Shown in pieces: positions 8,747 through 20,147 of a stretch of 64,000 nucleotides of DNA; the first letter of the stretch is position 1, and every line of letters starts with the position of its first letter. Position numbers and translations under genes: made by a program. The notes beneath the pieces are model-generated. The model was not told where the DNA came from. It made no database searches and saw nothing but the letters and a program-made list of their open reading frames with translations. This DNA is from an uncultured Actinomycetota bacterium (lineage in GTDB: Bacteria > Actinomycetota > Actinomycetes > JACCUZ01), in contig CAVSCX010000006.1 of assembly GCA_963726615.1 (NCBI GenBank), positions 67,343 to 131,342 of the forward strand, in the 5' to 3' direction.

Positions 8747-10237
8747 TCAGTGCGGCGAGAGCTGGCCGGTCAGGCGCCGGTGCATCTGGCCGCTGACCTC
8801 GGTGAGCCCCAGGATCCGCACGGTCTTGCCGCGCCGGGCGTACTTCGTGGTCACCGCGTCGAGTGCCGCGACGGCCGAGGCGTCCCACACGTGTGAGGCG
8901 GACAGGTCGATGACGACCTGGTCCGGGTCGCCGGCGTAGTCGAACTGCCCGACCAGGTCGTTGCTGGAGGCGAAGAACAGCGCGCCGTGCACCGAGTAGA
9001 TGACCTCACCGCCGTCGGGGTCCAGGACCGAGGTGACCTCGACGAGGTGAGCGACCCGGCGGGCAAAGAGCATCATCGCGGCGAGGGTGCCGGCGAGGAC
9101 GCCGTACGCCAGGTTGTGCGTCGCGACGACGACGCCGACGGTCACGAGCATCACCGAGGTCTCGCTCTTCGGCATCCGCCGCAGGGTCGACGGGGCGACC
9201 GAGTGCCAGTCGAACGTGAGCCCGGCGACCACGATCATGACCGCGACCAGCGCGGCCATCGGGATGGCCGCCACGAGCGGGCCCAGGGCCACGACGAGCA
9301 CGAGGAGGAACACCCCGGCGAGGAAGGTCGACAGCCGGGTCCGGGCGCCGGAGGTCTTCACGTTGATCATCGTCTGGCCGATCATCGCGCAGCCGCCCAT
9401 GCCACCGAAGAAGCCGGTGACGATGTTGGCCACACCCTGGCCCCAGGACTCCCGGGTCTTGGAGGAGTGCGTGTCGGTGATGTCGTCGACGAGCTTCGCG
9501 GTCATCAGCGACTCCATCAGCCCGACCAGGGCAAGCGCCAGCGCGTAGGGGGCGATGATCCGCAGCGTCGCCAGGTCGTACGGCACGTCGGGCAGCCCGA
9601 ACCCGGGCAGCGAGTCGGGCAGCCGCCCCTCGTCCCCGACCGTGGGCACAGCCACGGCGCCCACGCTGGTCAGCAGCGTCAGCAGGACGATGGCGACGAG
9701 CGGCGCCGGAACGACCTTGGTCAGCCGCGGCAGGCCGACGATGAGCCCGAGCGCCACCGCGACGAGCGGGTAGACGACCCACGGCACGTCGACAAGGTGG
9801 GGCACCTGGGCGAGGAAGATGAGGATGGCCAGGGCGTTGACGAAGCCGACCATCACGCTTCGGGGAACGAACCGCATCAGCCGCGCCACACCGAGAACTG
9901 CCAGCAGGACCTGGATCACGCCCCCCAGCACGACCGCGGCGATCAGGTAGTCCAGGCCGTACTGCTTCGCGAGCGGTGCGACGACCAGGGCGATCGCACC
10001 GGTCGCAGCGGAGATCATCGCCTTCCGGCCGCCGGTGAAGGAGATGACCACGGCCATCGTGAACGACGCGAACAGCCCGACCCTGGGGTCGACCCCGGCC
10101 AGGATCGAGAACGAGATCGCCTCGGGGATCAGGGCGAGCGCGACGACGAGGCCGGCGAGAGCCTCGGTGCGGAACACCCTGGGGGAGGCCCAGTCGGGCC
10201 GGGACAGACGGACGCGGACGGGCGCAGGGATCGACAT
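8747..10237 (-). CDS. SulP-family sulfate/anion permease with a C-terminal STAS domain
   Basis: SulP signature regions ([41 protein letters not shown]) and a C-terminal STAS fold. ATG at 10237 (MSIPAPVR...). Confidence 0.85.
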   Translation of the reverse strand: MSIPAPVRVRLSRPDWASPRVFRTEALAGLVVALALIPEAISFSILAGVDPRVGLFASFTMAVVISFTGGRKAMISAATGAIALVVAPLAKQYGLDYLIAAVVLGGVIQVLLAVLGVARLMRFVPRSVMVGFVNALAILIFLAQVPHLVDVPWVVYPLVAVALGLIVGLPRLTKVVPAPLVAIVLLTLLTSVGAVAVPTVGDEGRLPDSLPGFGLPDVPYDLATLRIIAPYALALALVGLMESLMTAKLVDDITDTHSSKTRESWGQGVANIVTGFFGGMGGCAMIGQTMINVKTSGARTRLSTFLAGVFLLVLVVALGPLVAAIPMAALVAVMIVVAGLTFDWHSVAPSTLRRMPKSETSVMLVTVGVVVATHNLAYGVLAGTLAAMMLFARRVAHLVEVTSVLDPDGGEVIYSVHGALFFASSNDLVGQFDYAGDPDQVVIDLSASHVWDASAVAALDAVTTKYARRGKTVRILGLTEVSGQMHRRLTGQLSPH

Positions 10238-10671
10238 GCCGCCGTTTCGGGTCGGGGGCACCGTGGCGGTGCCGTGAGGAGGCCGATGGCGCGAGCGCGC
10301 TGCCGGCGGGGGTGGACGAGGGAGACGCGGACTCGTGGGACGCAAGTTGTCCCTGGGGGAGTCGGCACTTCCGGGCGGCGACTTCACTCCGTCACGACGG
10401 TGCCGCCCGTCCGTCGCCCCTCCACGGTACGGGCACGAGCAGGCCGGCCCGACCAGTACGCGGCCCGAACCGGTGTGACAGCCGTCTCACCCGACGGCGG
10501 GTCAGCCGGTCGCGTCGCCTCCGGGGACCTCGAACCAGAACCGCACCAACAGCACCAGTGACACGAGCAGAAGGCTCGCCCCCACGGGGTCGCGGCCCAC
10601 CCGATCACGCGCCCTGACGGCTGGCGAAAGGCGGGCGACCGGGTCGAACGCGCCTGGGTAGGGTCGCTCGC

Positions 10672-11643
10672 ATGCTCGCCGCCGCCGCCGTACGCACCGA
10701 TGCGAACGACCCGCTCAGCTGTCTCGAGGTGGGGGAGCGCCCCGACCCGCGGCCGCCTGAGGGCTGGGCCACGGTGCGGCTGCGCGCGGCCGCGCTCAAC
10801 CGCCACGACCTGTGGAGCCTGCAGGGGGTCGGCCTGCCCGACGACCGGCTGCCGATGGTTCTCGGCTGCGACGGCGCCGGCGTCGACGAGGACGGTAACG
10901 AGGTCGTCGTGCATGCCGTCGTCGGCGACGCCGACTTCCGCGGCGACGAGACGCTGGACCCGCGGCGCACGCTGCTCTCCGAGAAGTACGACGGCACGCT
11001 GGCCGACGTCGTCGTCGTGCCGCGTCGCAACCTGGTCCCGAAGCCGGCCGGCCTCAGCTTCGAGGAGGCCGCTTGCCTGCCGACCGCGTGGCTCACGGCG
11101 TACCGGATGCTGTTCACCCAGGGCGGGCTTCGACCGGGCCAGACGGTGCTGGTGCAGGGCGCCGGTGGCGGTGTCGCGACGGCGCTGGTGGCGATCGGCC
11201 GCGCGGCCGGCCTGCGGATGTGGGTCACCAGCCGCGACAAGGCGAAGGGCGAGCGGGCCGTGGAGCTCGGAGCCGAGCAGGCCTTCGGGCCCGGCGAGCG
11301 GCTCCCGGAGCGGGTCGACGCCGTGATGGAGACGGTCGGCGAGCCCACCTGGGAGCACAGCCTGAAGTCGCTGGCGCCCGGCGGTGTGGTGGTGGTGTCC
11401 GGCGCGACCGGGGGGCATCGCGCGGTGACCGACCTGCGCCGTGTCTTCTTCCTCCAGCAGCGGATCGTCGGCTCGACGATGGGCACCCGCGACGAGCTCG
11501 TCCGGCTGATCCGTCTCCTGGCCGAGACGGGTGTCCGGCCGGTCGTCGACTCGACGGTTCCGCTCGAGCAGGCAGCAGCTGCCTTCGGTCGGCTGGCCGG
11601 CGGCGACGTGTTCGGGAAGATCGTCCTGACCCGGCCTGCATGA
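10672..11643 (+). CDS. Zinc-type alcohol dehydrogenase / quinone oxidoreductase (MDR superfamily)
   Basis: Rossmann GxGxxG (VLVQGAGGGVATALV) and a typical MDR-family domain layout. Confidence 0.8.
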   Translation: MLAAAAVRTDANDPLSCLEVGERPDPRPPEGWATVRLRAAALNRHDLWSLQGVGLPDDRLPMVLGCDGAGVDEDGNEVVVHAVVGDADFRGDETLDPRRTLLSEKYDGTLADVVVVPRRNLVPKPAGLSFEEAACLPTAWLTAYRMLFTQGGLRPGQTVLVQGAGGGVATALVAIGRAAGLRMWVTSRDKAKGERAVELGAEQAFGPGERLPERVDAVMETVGEPTWEHSLKSLAPGGVVVVSGATGGHRAVTDLRRVFFLQQRIVGSTMGTRDELVRLIRLLAETGVRPVVDSTVPLEQAAAAFGRLAGGDVFGKIVLTRPA

Positions 11644-12722
11644 GGGCGGACACGTCGGCGGGGGAGCGGGACGACGACGTCGCGCTGCCCCGCTGGCGCG
11701 ACCCGGCCTGGCGGGCCGAGGTCGACGCCTGGGTGGGCCACCAGCTCGCGCGCCTCGGTCTCCGGCGGACCGGTGCAGGCACGCAGGACCGCTCCTACCC
11801 GTGGTCGACGGTGATCGAGGTCCAGACCTCGGACGGCTCGGTGTGGTTCAAGGCGAACGCTCTCGGCATGCACCAGGAGGCGGCGCTGTACGAGGTGTTG
11901 ACGCGCCGGGCGCCTGAGCACGTCCTGCAACCCCTCGCGCTCGACGTGGAGCGCGGCTGGCTGCTGCTCCCCGACGGCGGCCTGACGCTCCGGGCGAGCG
12001 AGGGTGCGCGCACCGACCTCGCGGTCTGGGAGCGGATGCTCGTCGAGTACGCCGACCTGCAGCGCAGCATGGAGCCGCATGTGGGCGAGCTCCTCGCGGC
12101 CGGCCTCGTCGACGCGACGCCGGCAGCCCTGCCCGCGATGCGCGACGCGCTGCTCGCCGACCCTCGGCTGCTGCTGCTCGACACCGACAAGGGACTGAGC
12201 TCGGCCGAACGCGACGAGCTTGTCGCCTACGCGCCGGCGTACGCCGCGCAGTGCCGCGACCTGGCCGCGTTCGGCATCCCGGTCACGCTGCAGCACGACG
12301 ACCTGCACGACCACAACGTGTTCGCGCCCGCGTCGCCGGGCGGCAGCCTGCGGGTCTTCGACTGGGGCGACGCCGTGGTCGGGCAGCCGTTCGGGACGTT
12401 GCTCATCAGCCTGAGGTTCGTCGCGATGCTGGCGAACCTCGCCCCCGGAGCCGACGAGCTGCTCCGGCTCCGCGATGCGTACCTCGAGGCCTGGACCGGC
12501 GACTACGACCGCGCGGACCTTGTCGATGCGGCGCGGCTCGCGGTGCGGGTCGACGCCGTGGCGCGCGCGGACTGCTTCCGCCGCGCCGTGCTCGAGTGGG
12601 ACCGCGGCTACCGGACGATCTTCGACGAGGGGGTGCCGAGCTGGCTGCGCGAGCAGCGCGGGCCGACCCCGCTCGACCCCGACCCGGCCCATGTGTGGCC
12701 CGAGCCCCGGCCGGTCACGTGA
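11640..12722 (+). CDS. Phosphotransferase-family protein (APH/choline-kinase-like)
   Basis: Catalytic HDDLHDHNV and DWGDA motifs of the aminoglycoside-phosphotransferase fold. Its ATG overlaps the upstream stop (ATGA). Confidence 0.7.
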   Translation: MRADTSAGERDDDVALPRWRDPAWRAEVDAWVGHQLARLGLRRTGAGTQDRSYPWSTVIEVQTSDGSVWFKANALGMHQEAALYEVLTRRAPEHVLQPLALDVERGWLLLPDGGLTLRASEGARTDLAVWERMLVEYADLQRSMEPHVGELLAAGLVDATPAALPAMRDALLADPRLLLLDTDKGLSSAERDELVAYAPAYAAQCRDLAAFGIPVTLQHDDLHDHNVFAPASPGGSLRVFDWGDAVVGQPFGTLLISLRFVAMLANLAPGADELLRLRDAYLEAWTGDYDRADLVDAARLAVRVDAVARADCFRRAVLEWDRGYRTIFDEGVPSWLREQRGPTPLDPDPAHVWPEPRPVT

Positions 12723-14169
12723 CCCTGACCTTGATGCGCGTGGTCGCGTAGCCCGCCTTGCGGACGACCGCCGGGAACCTGCCTGACTTGAGCTTCGCGG
12801 AGACCTTCACGGCGGCGCGGCCGTGGCCGTTCGTCCTCACGGTCGAGCCGCGGAAGCTGACCTTTGCGCGGGCAACCGGCGATCCTGCGTCGCTGACCCG
12901 GATGCGCACCGTGCCGCGGTCCAGCTTCCTCGGCTTGGCCACCACCTGCAGGCCGGGCAGCACCTGGAGGGAGTACAGCGACGGCTCGGCGGCTCCACCG
13001 ACCTGAGCGCTGGAGACGATGTCGAGCGGCCCCCGCGCCGCGTCGGTGGTCGTGGCCCGCAGCTGTGACGTGGGCCCACCTGGCTGGGGGACCGTCCGGA
13101 CGGCCCCCCACCGGCTCACGGCGGGGTTGCTCCGCGTCGCGTGCAGCACTCGGTCGCCCAGGGTGTGCCAGGACAACCAGAGCCGGCCCCCGCCCGACGC
13201 GGACAGCGTGACGAGGTCCGCCGACCCACCTGCGGGCACGTCGAGCCAGCTGCCGCTGCCGGCCTGCCAGAGCCGGATCGTCGAGCTGGTCGGGTATCCG
13301 GGCAGGTACGCCACCCAGATGCCGCCGCCGGCCCGGGCGGCGAGCGCCACGGGTTGTCCCGGTCCGGTGCTGTTGACCGAGCCCGTGACCGAGCCAGGTG
13401 CCGTGAGCGCCGGGCCCGCCGATCGTGGCCACACCCGCTGCACCCTGGTGCCGACCTGGCTCGCCTCGCCGTTCGGCGAGTGCCAGGCTGCCCAGACCTC
13501 GCCGGTGGCGGTGTCGCGTGCGAGCGCCGCGTAGTAGCTCCCGCCCGCGGCGGCGGTGAAGTCGCCGGTGTCGGCCGGCGACCCGGTCCGGAACCCGCGG
13601 TGCAGCACGAGGGCCGGCGTGAAGCCGCTGAAGGCCACGAACGGTTCGCCACCGGCATCGATCGCGTCGATGTTGCCGGAGTTCCCCGCGGCGGCGCTCT
13701 CGGTGAGTGACCCGGGCGCGAGCGCCCAGCTCGACCCGTCACTGCTCCTGGCAGAGACCATCGGCCCGACGTACGGGTCTCCCGGGGCGAAGCTGCGGAT
13801 GCCCGCGAACGCGGCGACCTGGTCGGTGCCGCTGACGAAGAGCTTGGGGTCCTCGACGACGGCGAGCCAGCCTTCGACGACGGTCGCCACCGGGCCGACC
13901 GGCCGGGCCCGCGAGTCGAGCGGGCGTACCCGCACCGAGCTGGTCGAACCGTCGCTCTGGGACCAGATCACCTGCAGCCGGTCGCCCACCCGCAAGGTGT
14001 CCGGCTGGGTGATCGCCGGCACCGGGCCAGTCACCGTCGACCAGGGCGCCACCGAGGTCGCGGTCGCCGCGCGACTCGTTGCCCCGTGGGTCCCGGCGGA
14101 GGCGACGCCGCTCATGGCCAGCCCGACAGCAGCCCCGGTCCCGATCATCACTGCCGACGTCCGCCGCAC
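12715..14169 (-). CDS. Secreted BNR/Asp-box repeat protein with a C-terminal carboxypeptidase-regulatory-like domain
   Basis: The signal peptide (RRTSAVMIGTGAAVGLAMSGVASA) follows a GTG at 14169 with a GGAGG RBS. An Asp-box motif (SSDGSSWA) and Ser/Gly-rich beta-repeats are present. Confidence 0.55.
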   Translation of the reverse strand: MRRTSAVMIGTGAAVGLAMSGVASAGTHGATSRAATATSVAPWSTVTGPVPAITQPDTLRVGDRLQVIWSQSDGSTSSVRVRPLDSRARPVGPVATVVEGWLAVVEDPKLFVSGTDQVAAFAGIRSFAPGDPYVGPMVSARSSDGSSWALAPGSLTESAAAGNSGNIDAIDAGGEPFVAFSGFTPALVLHRGFRTGSPADTGDFTAAAGGSYYAALARDTATGEVWAAWHSPNGEASQVGTRVQRVWPRSAGPALTAPGSVTGSVNSTGPGQPVALAARAGGGIWVAYLPGYPTSSTIRLWQAGSGSWLDVPAGGSADLVTLSASGGGRLWLSWHTLGDRVLHATRSNPAVSRWGAVRTVPQPGGPTSQLRATTTDAARGPLDIVSSAQVGGAAEPSLYSLQVLPGLQVVAKPRKLDRGTVRIRVSDAGSPVARAKVSFRGSTVRTNGHGRAAVKVSAKLKSGRFPAVVRKAGYATTRIKVRVT

Positions 14170-14373
14170 GGGGACCTCCCCTGGCCGTCCCCGTGTGTCG
14201 CGACGGTAGCCGGGAGCAGGGCTGCCGTGAAGGCCCAGCCACCGGCTGTGTCCGTGGGACTTCCGAGGGTGTGGGACATCCGTGCGATGTCGCGACAAGC
14301 GCCTCGTCCCTGAGTCGTGGGTCGTCCGGTCCCCGGTGCCCGCCGTGCTCCGCGGGGTGATCCGCGGAGGGGG

Positions 14374-14973
14374 CTAGCGCTCGAACAGCCGCCGGCCCTC
14401 GTCGAGGGTGCGCTGCAGCAGCTCGCGCAGCGCCGCGACATCGGCCTTGGTGTGCACGCCGTGCCTGGTGACGGTGCGCAGCTCGGAGCGGAACCAGTCG
14501 ATGGTGCGCTCCAGGTCGGCCCCGAACGGGTCGGTGCTCGGCTTGCCGGCCTGCCGCTCCTCGCGGGCCATGGCGCGACCCTGCCGTCGGACGTCCTTCG
14601 CTGCGGCCTTGAGCTCGGAACGCAGGTCCCGCACCGACCCCTTCACCTCGCTGCGGATCTCGGTCGCGAGGTCGCGCACGGAGCCGGCGATCTCCTGCTC
14701 GAGGTCCTCCAGGTCACCCTGCCGCTCCTGCAGCTCGGCCCGACCGGCGTCGGTGATCCGGTAGACCTTCCGGCCCTCCTCGACGTGGTGGGTCACCAGC
14801 CCCTCGGACTCCAGCCGGGCCAGCCGCGGGTAGACGGTCCCCGCGCTGGGGGAGTAGAGGCCCATGAACCGGTCCTCGAGCTCGCGGATCACGTCGTAGC
14901 CGTGGCGCGGGCTCTCGTCCAGCAGCTTGAGCAGGTACAGCCGCAGCCGGCCGTGCCCGAAGACCGGGCTCAT
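14374..14973 (-). CDS. PadR-family transcriptional regulator
   Basis: N-terminal PadR winged HTH (LYLLKLLDESPRHGYDVIRELEDRF...GTVYPRLARLESEGLV) with a coiled-coil C-terminal extension. It lies downstream of DUF4097 in the same operon. Confidence 0.85.
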   Translation of the reverse strand: MSPVFGHGRLRLYLLKLLDESPRHGYDVIRELEDRFMGLYSPSAGTVYPRLARLESEGLVTHHVEEGRKVYRITDAGRAELQERQGDLEDLEQEIAGSVRDLATEIRSEVKGSVRDLRSELKAAAKDVRRQGRAMAREERQAGKPSTDPFGADLERTIDWFRSELRTVTRHGVHTKADVAALRELLQRTLDEGRRLFER

Positions 14974-15022
14974 CCCCGGCCCCGGAGGCCGTGTCTGGCC
15001 GGCGCCCGGACGCCGAGAGCGT

Positions 15023-15838
15023 TCATGCCGGCTCCGTCGGCCGGCGGAGCAGGGTGACGTCGCCGGAGACCGTCTTCGCGCTGAGCCGTCCGTCGCCGCT
15101 CCCTACGGCGCCGGACATGGTGGCCTTGCCGGGCTTGCGGTCGTGCCGGACGCCGTCGAAGGCGCTGTCCAGCGAGCCGCTCATCGTCTTCACGTCGACG
15201 CTCAGCCCGACGCTCTCGGGCATCCGCAGGGTGAGGTCTCCCGAGACGCTGGACACGTCGATGCGTCCGCCGGCCAGCAGGTCGAGGTCGAGGGTCAGGT
15301 CGCCGGACACCGTCTCGGCCTTCACGTGGTCGCTGCGTCCGTCGACCACGGTGAGCTCGCCGGAGACCGTGGTGAACTTCAGGGTGCCGGCGAGCTGCCG
15401 GGTCTCCAGGTCACCGGACACGGTCTGCGCGGTGATGTCGGACCGGACCCCGTCGAGGATCACGTCGCCCGACACCGACTTCACGGCCGTACGCGCCGCC
15501 TCGATGCCCGAGACGACGGCGTCGGCGGAGACCACGCCGAGCTCGACCGGGCAGGTGTGCGGGACCGAGACGGAGACCGTCGCCTCGGCCCGCCGGTTGC
15601 CGACCCAGTCGAACAGCCCGCCCCAGGTGAGCCGCTCGTGCCGGATCGTGAGGGTGCCGTCCTCCAGGGTCACGGTGAGCGGACCGTCGAGGTCGCTGAC
15701 CTCGACCTGGGCGGCGCCGGACTCGGCGTCCTCGGTGCGCCCGACCACGTCGATGCTGCCGGACACCATCCGGACCTCCAGGCGCCGGACGCCCTCGAGG
15801 TCGAGGGACTGGGGCTGCTCTATCCGCCACTGCGGCAT
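15023..15838 (-). CDS. DUF4097 (LiaG/putative-adhesin-like beta-repeat) protein
   Basis: Repeated VSGDL/TVSGEL beta-strand motifs. ATG at 15838 is preceded by GGAGAG, with the PadR-type operator immediately upstream. Confidence 0.7.
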   Translation of the reverse strand: MPQWRIEQPQSLDLEGVRRLEVRMVSGSIDVVGRTEDAESGAAQVEVSDLDGPLTVTLEDGTLTIRHERLTWGGLFDWVGNRRAEATVSVSVPHTCPVELGVVSADAVVSGIEAARTAVKSVSGDVILDGVRSDITAQTVSGDLETRQLAGTLKFTTVSGELTVVDGRSDHVKAETVSGDLTLDLDLLAGGRIDVSSVSGDLTLRMPESVGLSVDVKTMSGSLDSAFDGVRHDRKPGKATMSGAVGSGDGRLSAKTVSGDVTLLRRPTEPA

Positions 15839-15853
15839 GATGTGCTCTCCATT

Positions 15854-15889
15854 CACGATGTATCGCGTCTACAAACACGATACATCGTG
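15854..15889. promoter_or_regulatory. Candidate PadR-type operator: CACGATGTATCG-N12-CGATACATCGTG (perfect inverted repeat)
   Basis: A perfect 12-bp inverted repeat with a 12-bp spacer, ending 15 nt upstream of the DUF4097 ATG. It is near-identical to the element at 8570-8605. Confidence 0.6.
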
Positions 15890-16036
15890 AGTGGTCGCTG
15901 TCAACCCGCCGTCCGCCTCGACCCGGTGATCCACAGCGGATCCGTCGATGATCCACAGCGGATCGGTAGGGACTTTTCCAGCGGATCCACTGTGGATCAC
16001 CGAAACCCCGGGGTGGGGGATTCTGCGCGACGGGCG

Positions 16037-16216
16037 TCAGTCGTCCTCGGTGTCGTCGAGGCGCGCCAGCCACGTGGCCAGCCGCTCGACCGGCACCTCG
16101 AAGTCCGGGTTGTCGTCGACGAACTGCTGGAACCGGGCGGCCAGCCAGGCCAGCGACACGCTCTCCTCGCCCCGCCGGGCCTCGAGCTCCTCGATCCCGC
16201 GGTCGGTGAAGTACAC
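16037..16216 (-). CDS. Small acidic conserved hypothetical protein (59 aa) immediately downstream of kgd
   Basis: GTG at 16216 with a stop at 16037. The translation (VYFTDRGIEELEARRGEESVSLAWLAARFQQFVDDNPDFEVPVERLATWLARLDDTEDD) is protein-like. It is not in the ORF track because it lacks an ATG. Confidence 0.4.
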   Translation of the reverse strand: MYFTDRGIEELEARRGEESVSLAWLAARFQQFVDDNPDFEVPVERLATWLARLDDTEDD

Positions 16217-16223
16217 GCCGGGC

Positions 16224-19200
16224 CTAGAGGGTGAAGGCCTGCTCGACCAGCCCGCGCTGCTCGAGGTCGTGGACCCGGTGCGACCCGGCCGCGGGAGACG
16301 CCGACGGCGGCCGGGCCACGCAGGACAGGCCGCGGCCGCCCAGGGCGGCCGGCAGGTTGAGCGCCATGAACGGCCAGCTGCCCATGTTGGCCGGCTCCTC
16401 CTGCACCCAGACGAGCTGTGCGTCGGGGTACGGCGACACGGCCTCGGCGATCTCGGGACCCGCCAGTGGCGCGAGCCGCTCGACCCGGACGATCGCGACC
16501 TGCTCCCCGCCCGAGCCCGCCCGCTTGGCCCGCTCGGCGAGCAGGTCGTAGTAGACCTTGCCCGCGCACAGGAGGACCCGCCGCACGCCGCCGGGATCGA
16601 TGCCCCCCTCGGTCTCGGGGATGACCGGCCGGAACGTGCCCGAGGTGAAGTCCTCCACCGCGGACGCGGCGGCCTTCAGCCGCAGCATCGACTTCGGGGT
16701 GAAGACGATCAGCGGGCGGCGCGGCTCGTGGTAGGCGTGCCAGCGCAGCAGGTGGAAGTAGGACGCCGGGGTCGAGGGGTACGCCACGGTCATGTTGTCC
16801 TCGGCGCACATCGTGAGGAAGCGCTCGATCCGCCCCGACGAGTGGTCCGGGCCCTGGCCCTCGTAGCCGTGCGGCAGCAGGAGGACCACCGACGAGCGCT
16901 GGTTCCACTTCTGCTCGGACGCCGCGATGAACTCGTCGATGATCGTCTGGGCGCCGTTGAGGAAGTCGCCGAACTGCGCCTCCCACAGCACCAGCGCGTC
17001 CGGCCGGGCGACGGAGTAGCCGTACTCGAAGCCCATGGCGGCGAACTCCGACAGCAGCGAGTCGTAGATCCAGAAGCGGGCCTGCCCCTCGTCCAGGTGC
17101 GCCAGTGGCACCCACTCGCGGCCGGTGACCTTGTCGGTGAGCACGGCATGCCGCTGCACGAAGGTGCCGCGCCGGGAGTCCTGGCCCGCCAGCCTGATCG
17201 GCTTGCCCTCGAGCAGCAGCGAGCCGAAGGCGAACAGCTCGCCCATGGCCCAGTCGATCGCACCCTCGGAGGCCATCGCCGCGCGCTTCTGCAGCAGGGG
17301 CATCAGCTTGGGGTGAACGGTGAAGCCGTCGGGCAGCGCCACGAACGCGTCGGCGATCCGCTTGATCACCTCGAGCTCGACGGCCGTCTGGCGCGTGCCC
17401 GCGGCGACAGTCGCGGACTGCTCGGCCGGCGGCTCGATGCCCTCGCCCGTTCCCTCGTCCTGCGACGACGAGACGGCGTCGCGGGTCTCGGTGAACACGC
17501 GCTCGAGCTGGCCCTGGTAGTCGCGCAGCGCCTGCTCCGCCTCCTCGACGGAGATGTCTCCACGACCGATGAGGGACTCGGTGTAGATCTTGCGGACCGA
17601 CCGCTTCCCCTCGATCAGGTTGTACATCAACGGCTGCGTCATCGACGGGTCGTCACCCTCGTTGTGGCCGCGGCGGCGGTAGCAGACCATGTCGATGACG
17701 ACGTCCTTCTTGAACTCCTGGCGGTACTCGAAGGCCAGCTTGGCGACCCGGACGCACGCCTCCGGGTCGTCGCCGTTGACGTGGAAGATGGGTGCTTGGA
17801 TCATCCGGGCGACATCGGTGCAGTAGAACGACGACCGTGACGCGGCCGGCGACGTGGTGAAGCCGACTTGGTTGTTGACGATCACGTGGATCGTGCCGCC
17901 GGTGCGGTAGCCGCGCAGCTGGGAGAGGTTCAGGGTCTCGGCGACCACGCCCTGGCCCGCGAAAGCGGCATCGCCGTGCAGCAGCACCGGGAGGACCGTG
18001 AAGCCCTGCTCGCCCTTGTTGATCCGGTCCTGCTTCGCCCGGGTGATGCCCTCGAGCACCGGGTTGACCGCCTCGAGGTGCGACGGGTTCGCAGCCAGGT
18101 AGACCTTGCACTCGCTGCCGTCCGGTGCCTTGAACGATCCCTCGGTGCCGAGGTGGTACTTCACGTCGCCCGAGCCCTGCACCGACCGCGGGTCCTGGTT
18201 GCCCTCGAACTCGCGGAAGATCTGGCCGTAGGACTTGCCGGCCAGGTTGGTCAGCACGTTGAGGCGGCCGCGGTGCGGCATGCCGATGGTGACCTCGTCG
18301 AGGCCGCTCTCGGCCGCCGAGGTCATGACCTCGTCGAGCAGCGGGATGACCGCCTCGCCGCCCTCGAGCGAGAACCGCTTCTGCCCGACGTACTTGGTCT
18401 GCAGGAAGGTCTCGAACGCCTCGGCGGCGTTGAGCCGGCGCAGGATGGTCAGCTGGTCCTCGCGCGAGGGCTTGGCGTAGCCGACCTCGACCCGCTCCTG
18501 GATCCAGTGGCGTTCCTCCGGGTCCTGGATGTGCATGTACTCGATGCCGATGCGGCGGCAGTACGACTCCCGCAGAACGCCCAGGATCTTGCGTAGCGAC
18601 GCCATCGTCTTGCCGCCGAAGCCACCGGTGGCGAACTCGCGGTCGAGGTCCCAGAGGGTCAAGCCGTGCGTGACGACGTCGAGGTCGGGGTGGCTGCGCT
18701 GGCGGAACTCGAGCGGATCGGTGTCAGCCATCAGGTGGCCGCGCACCCGGTAGGCGTGGATGAGCTCCTGCACTCGGGCCTGCTTGGCGACATCGTCCTC
18801 GTGCGAGGCGGAGATGTCGCTCACCCAGCGGATCGGCTCGTACGGGATCCGCAGCGAGCGGAACACCTCGTCGTAGAAGCCCTGCTCACCCAGCAGCAGG
18901 CCGTGCACGCGCCTGAGGAAGTCGCCGGACTGGGCGCCCTGGATGATGCGGTGGTCGTACGTGGAGGTCAGCGTCATGGTCTTGCTGACCGCCAGCCGGG
19001 CCAGGGTCTCCGGCGCCGCGCCCTGGTACTCGGCGGGGTACTCCATCGCGCCGACACCGATGATGGTGCCCTGGCCCGCCATCAGGCGGGGCACCGAGTG
19101 GACGGTGCCGATGGTGCCGGGGTTCGTGAGGGTGATCGTCGTGCCGGCGAAGTCGTCGGCTGTGAGCTTGTTGGCGCGTGCTCGCCGCACGATGTCCTCG

Positions 19201-20036
19201 TACGCCGACCAGAAGCCGGCGAAGTCCATCGCCTCTGCGCCCTTCACCGAGGGGACCAGGAGCGTCCGGCTGCCGTCCGGCTTCTGGATGTCGATGGCAA
19301 GGCCGAAGTTCACGTGCTGGTGCGAGACGATCGCGGGCTTCCCGTCGACCTCGGTGAAGCCGCTGTTCATCTCCGGCATCTCGGCCAGTGCCTTGACGAC
19401 AGCGAAGCCGATCAGGTGGGTGAAGGAGACCTTCCCACCGCGGTTGCGCTGCAGAGCGTTGTTGATGACGGTGCGGTTGTCGATCAGCAGCTTGGCCGGC
19501 ACCGCACGGACGCTTGTCGCCGTCGGCACCGCCAGGCTGGCGTTCATGTTGGACACGACCCGGGCGGCCGGCCCCTTGAGGGTGCGCACGTCGTCGCCGT
19601 CGTCGGCCGGTGCCGGCGCCGCGGTGCCGGCCGTGCCGGCCGTGGCGGTGCCCGCGGGCTTCGCCTCGACGGGCGGGCGCACCGGTGCGGCGGCCGGCTT
19701 CTGCGCGACCTGGTCGGCGGTGGCCGTGCCGTCGGCAACCGGGGCCGTAGTCGGCCGGGCGGGTGTCGCGCGCTCCGGTGCAGGGGCGGGGGCGGCCGCC
19801 TCGGCGGCGGGCGCCGCAACTGAGCTGCTGCCGTTGCCGGTGGCGGCACCGGTGTCGGCGGGCTTGTAGTCCTTGAAGAAGTCCCACCAGGCGGCGTCGA
19901 CGCTGTTCTTGTCGGCGAGGTACTGCTGGTAGAGCTCGTCGACAAGCCACTCGTTCGGGCCGAAGCCTCCGGGGGTCTTGCTGACGGTGCTGCCGGAGCT
20001 GCGGGTCTGCTCCTGCCCGGAGGCTGACTGCGACAC
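16224..20036 (-). CDS. kgd: Multifunctional 2-oxoglutarate dehydrogenase E1 component with an N-terminal E2-like succinyltransferase domain (Kgd/OdhA type)
   Basis: 1270 aa. It has an N-terminal Ala/Pro-rich linker and acyltransferase domain, and TPP-dependent E1 motifs (GTEGS..., [12 protein letters not shown], transketolase-like C-terminus). The start is a GTG. Confidence 0.9.
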   Translation of the reverse strand: MSQSASGQEQTRSSGSTVSKTPGGFGPNEWLVDELYQQYLADKNSVDAAWWDFFKDYKPADTGAATGNGSSSVAAPAAEAAAPAPAPERATPARPTTAPVADGTATADQVAQKPAAAPVRPPVEAKPAGTATAGTAGTAAPAPADDGDDVRTLKGPAARVVSNMNASLAVPTATSVRAVPAKLLIDNRTVINNALQRNRGGKVSFTHLIGFAVVKALAEMPEMNSGFTEVDGKPAIVSHQHVNFGLAIDIQKPDGSRTLLVPSVKGAEAMDFAGFWSAYEDIVRRARANKLTADDFAGTTITLTNPGTIGTVHSVPRLMAGQGTIIGVGAMEYPAEYQGAAPETLARLAVSKTMTLTSTYDHRIIQGAQSGDFLRRVHGLLLGEQGFYDEVFRSLRIPYEPIRWVSDISASHEDDVAKQARVQELIHAYRVRGHLMADTDPLEFRQRSHPDLDVVTHGLTLWDLDREFATGGFGGKTMASLRKILGVLRESYCRRIGIEYMHIQDPEERHWIQERVEVGYAKPSREDQLTILRRLNAAEAFETFLQTKYVGQKRFSLEGGEAVIPLLDEVMTSAAESGLDEVTIGMPHRGRLNVLTNLAGKSYGQIFREFEGNQDPRSVQGSGDVKYHLGTEGSFKAPDGSECKVYLAANPSHLEAVNPVLEGITRAKQDRINKGEQGFTVLPVLLHGDAAFAGQGVVAETLNLSQLRGYRTGGTIHVIVNNQVGFTTSPAASRSSFYCTDVARMIQAPIFHVNGDDPEACVRVAKLAFEYRQEFKKDVVIDMVCYRRRGHNEGDDPSMTQPLMYNLIEGKRSVRKIYTESLIGRGDISVEEAEQALRDYQGQLERVFTETRDAVSSSQDEGTGEGIEPPAEQSATVAAGTRQTAVELEVIKRIADAFVALPDGFTVHPKLMPLLQKRAAMASEGAIDWAMGELFAFGSLLLEGKPIRLAGQDSRRGTFVQRHAVLTDKVTGREWVPLAHLDEGQARFWIYDSLLSEFAAMGFEYGYSVARPDALVLWEAQFGDFLNGAQTIIDEFIAASEQKWNQRSSVVLLLPHGYEGQGPDHSSGRIERFLTMCAEDNMTVAYPSTPASYFHLLRWHAYHEPRRPLIVFTPKSMLRLKAAASAVEDFTSGTFRPVIPETEGGIDPGGVRRVLLCAGKVYYDLLAERAKRAGSGGEQVAIVRVERLAPLAGPEIAEAVSPYPDAQLVWVQEEPANMGSWPFMALNLPAALGGRGLSCVARPPSASPAAGSHRVHDLEQRGLVEQAFTL

Positions 20037-20147
20037 GGCGTTGTTCGCCCTCTTCCCTGCACTGCTCGACGAGTCCGGCGGTTCGGCCCAGCCTAGCCGC
20101 AGGGCCTCGAGGCCGGGCAGGCGCCGGTGAGCCTTGCGGGAGGCCTG

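Noticed and set aside
10497-10590. Tiny hydrophobic ORF (about 27 aa, VGASLLLVSLVLLVRFWFEVPGGDATG) upstream of the SulP gene on the - strand
   Set aside because: It is too short and has no RBS or conservation evidence. It may be a small membrane peptide, but the sequence alone does not support calling it.
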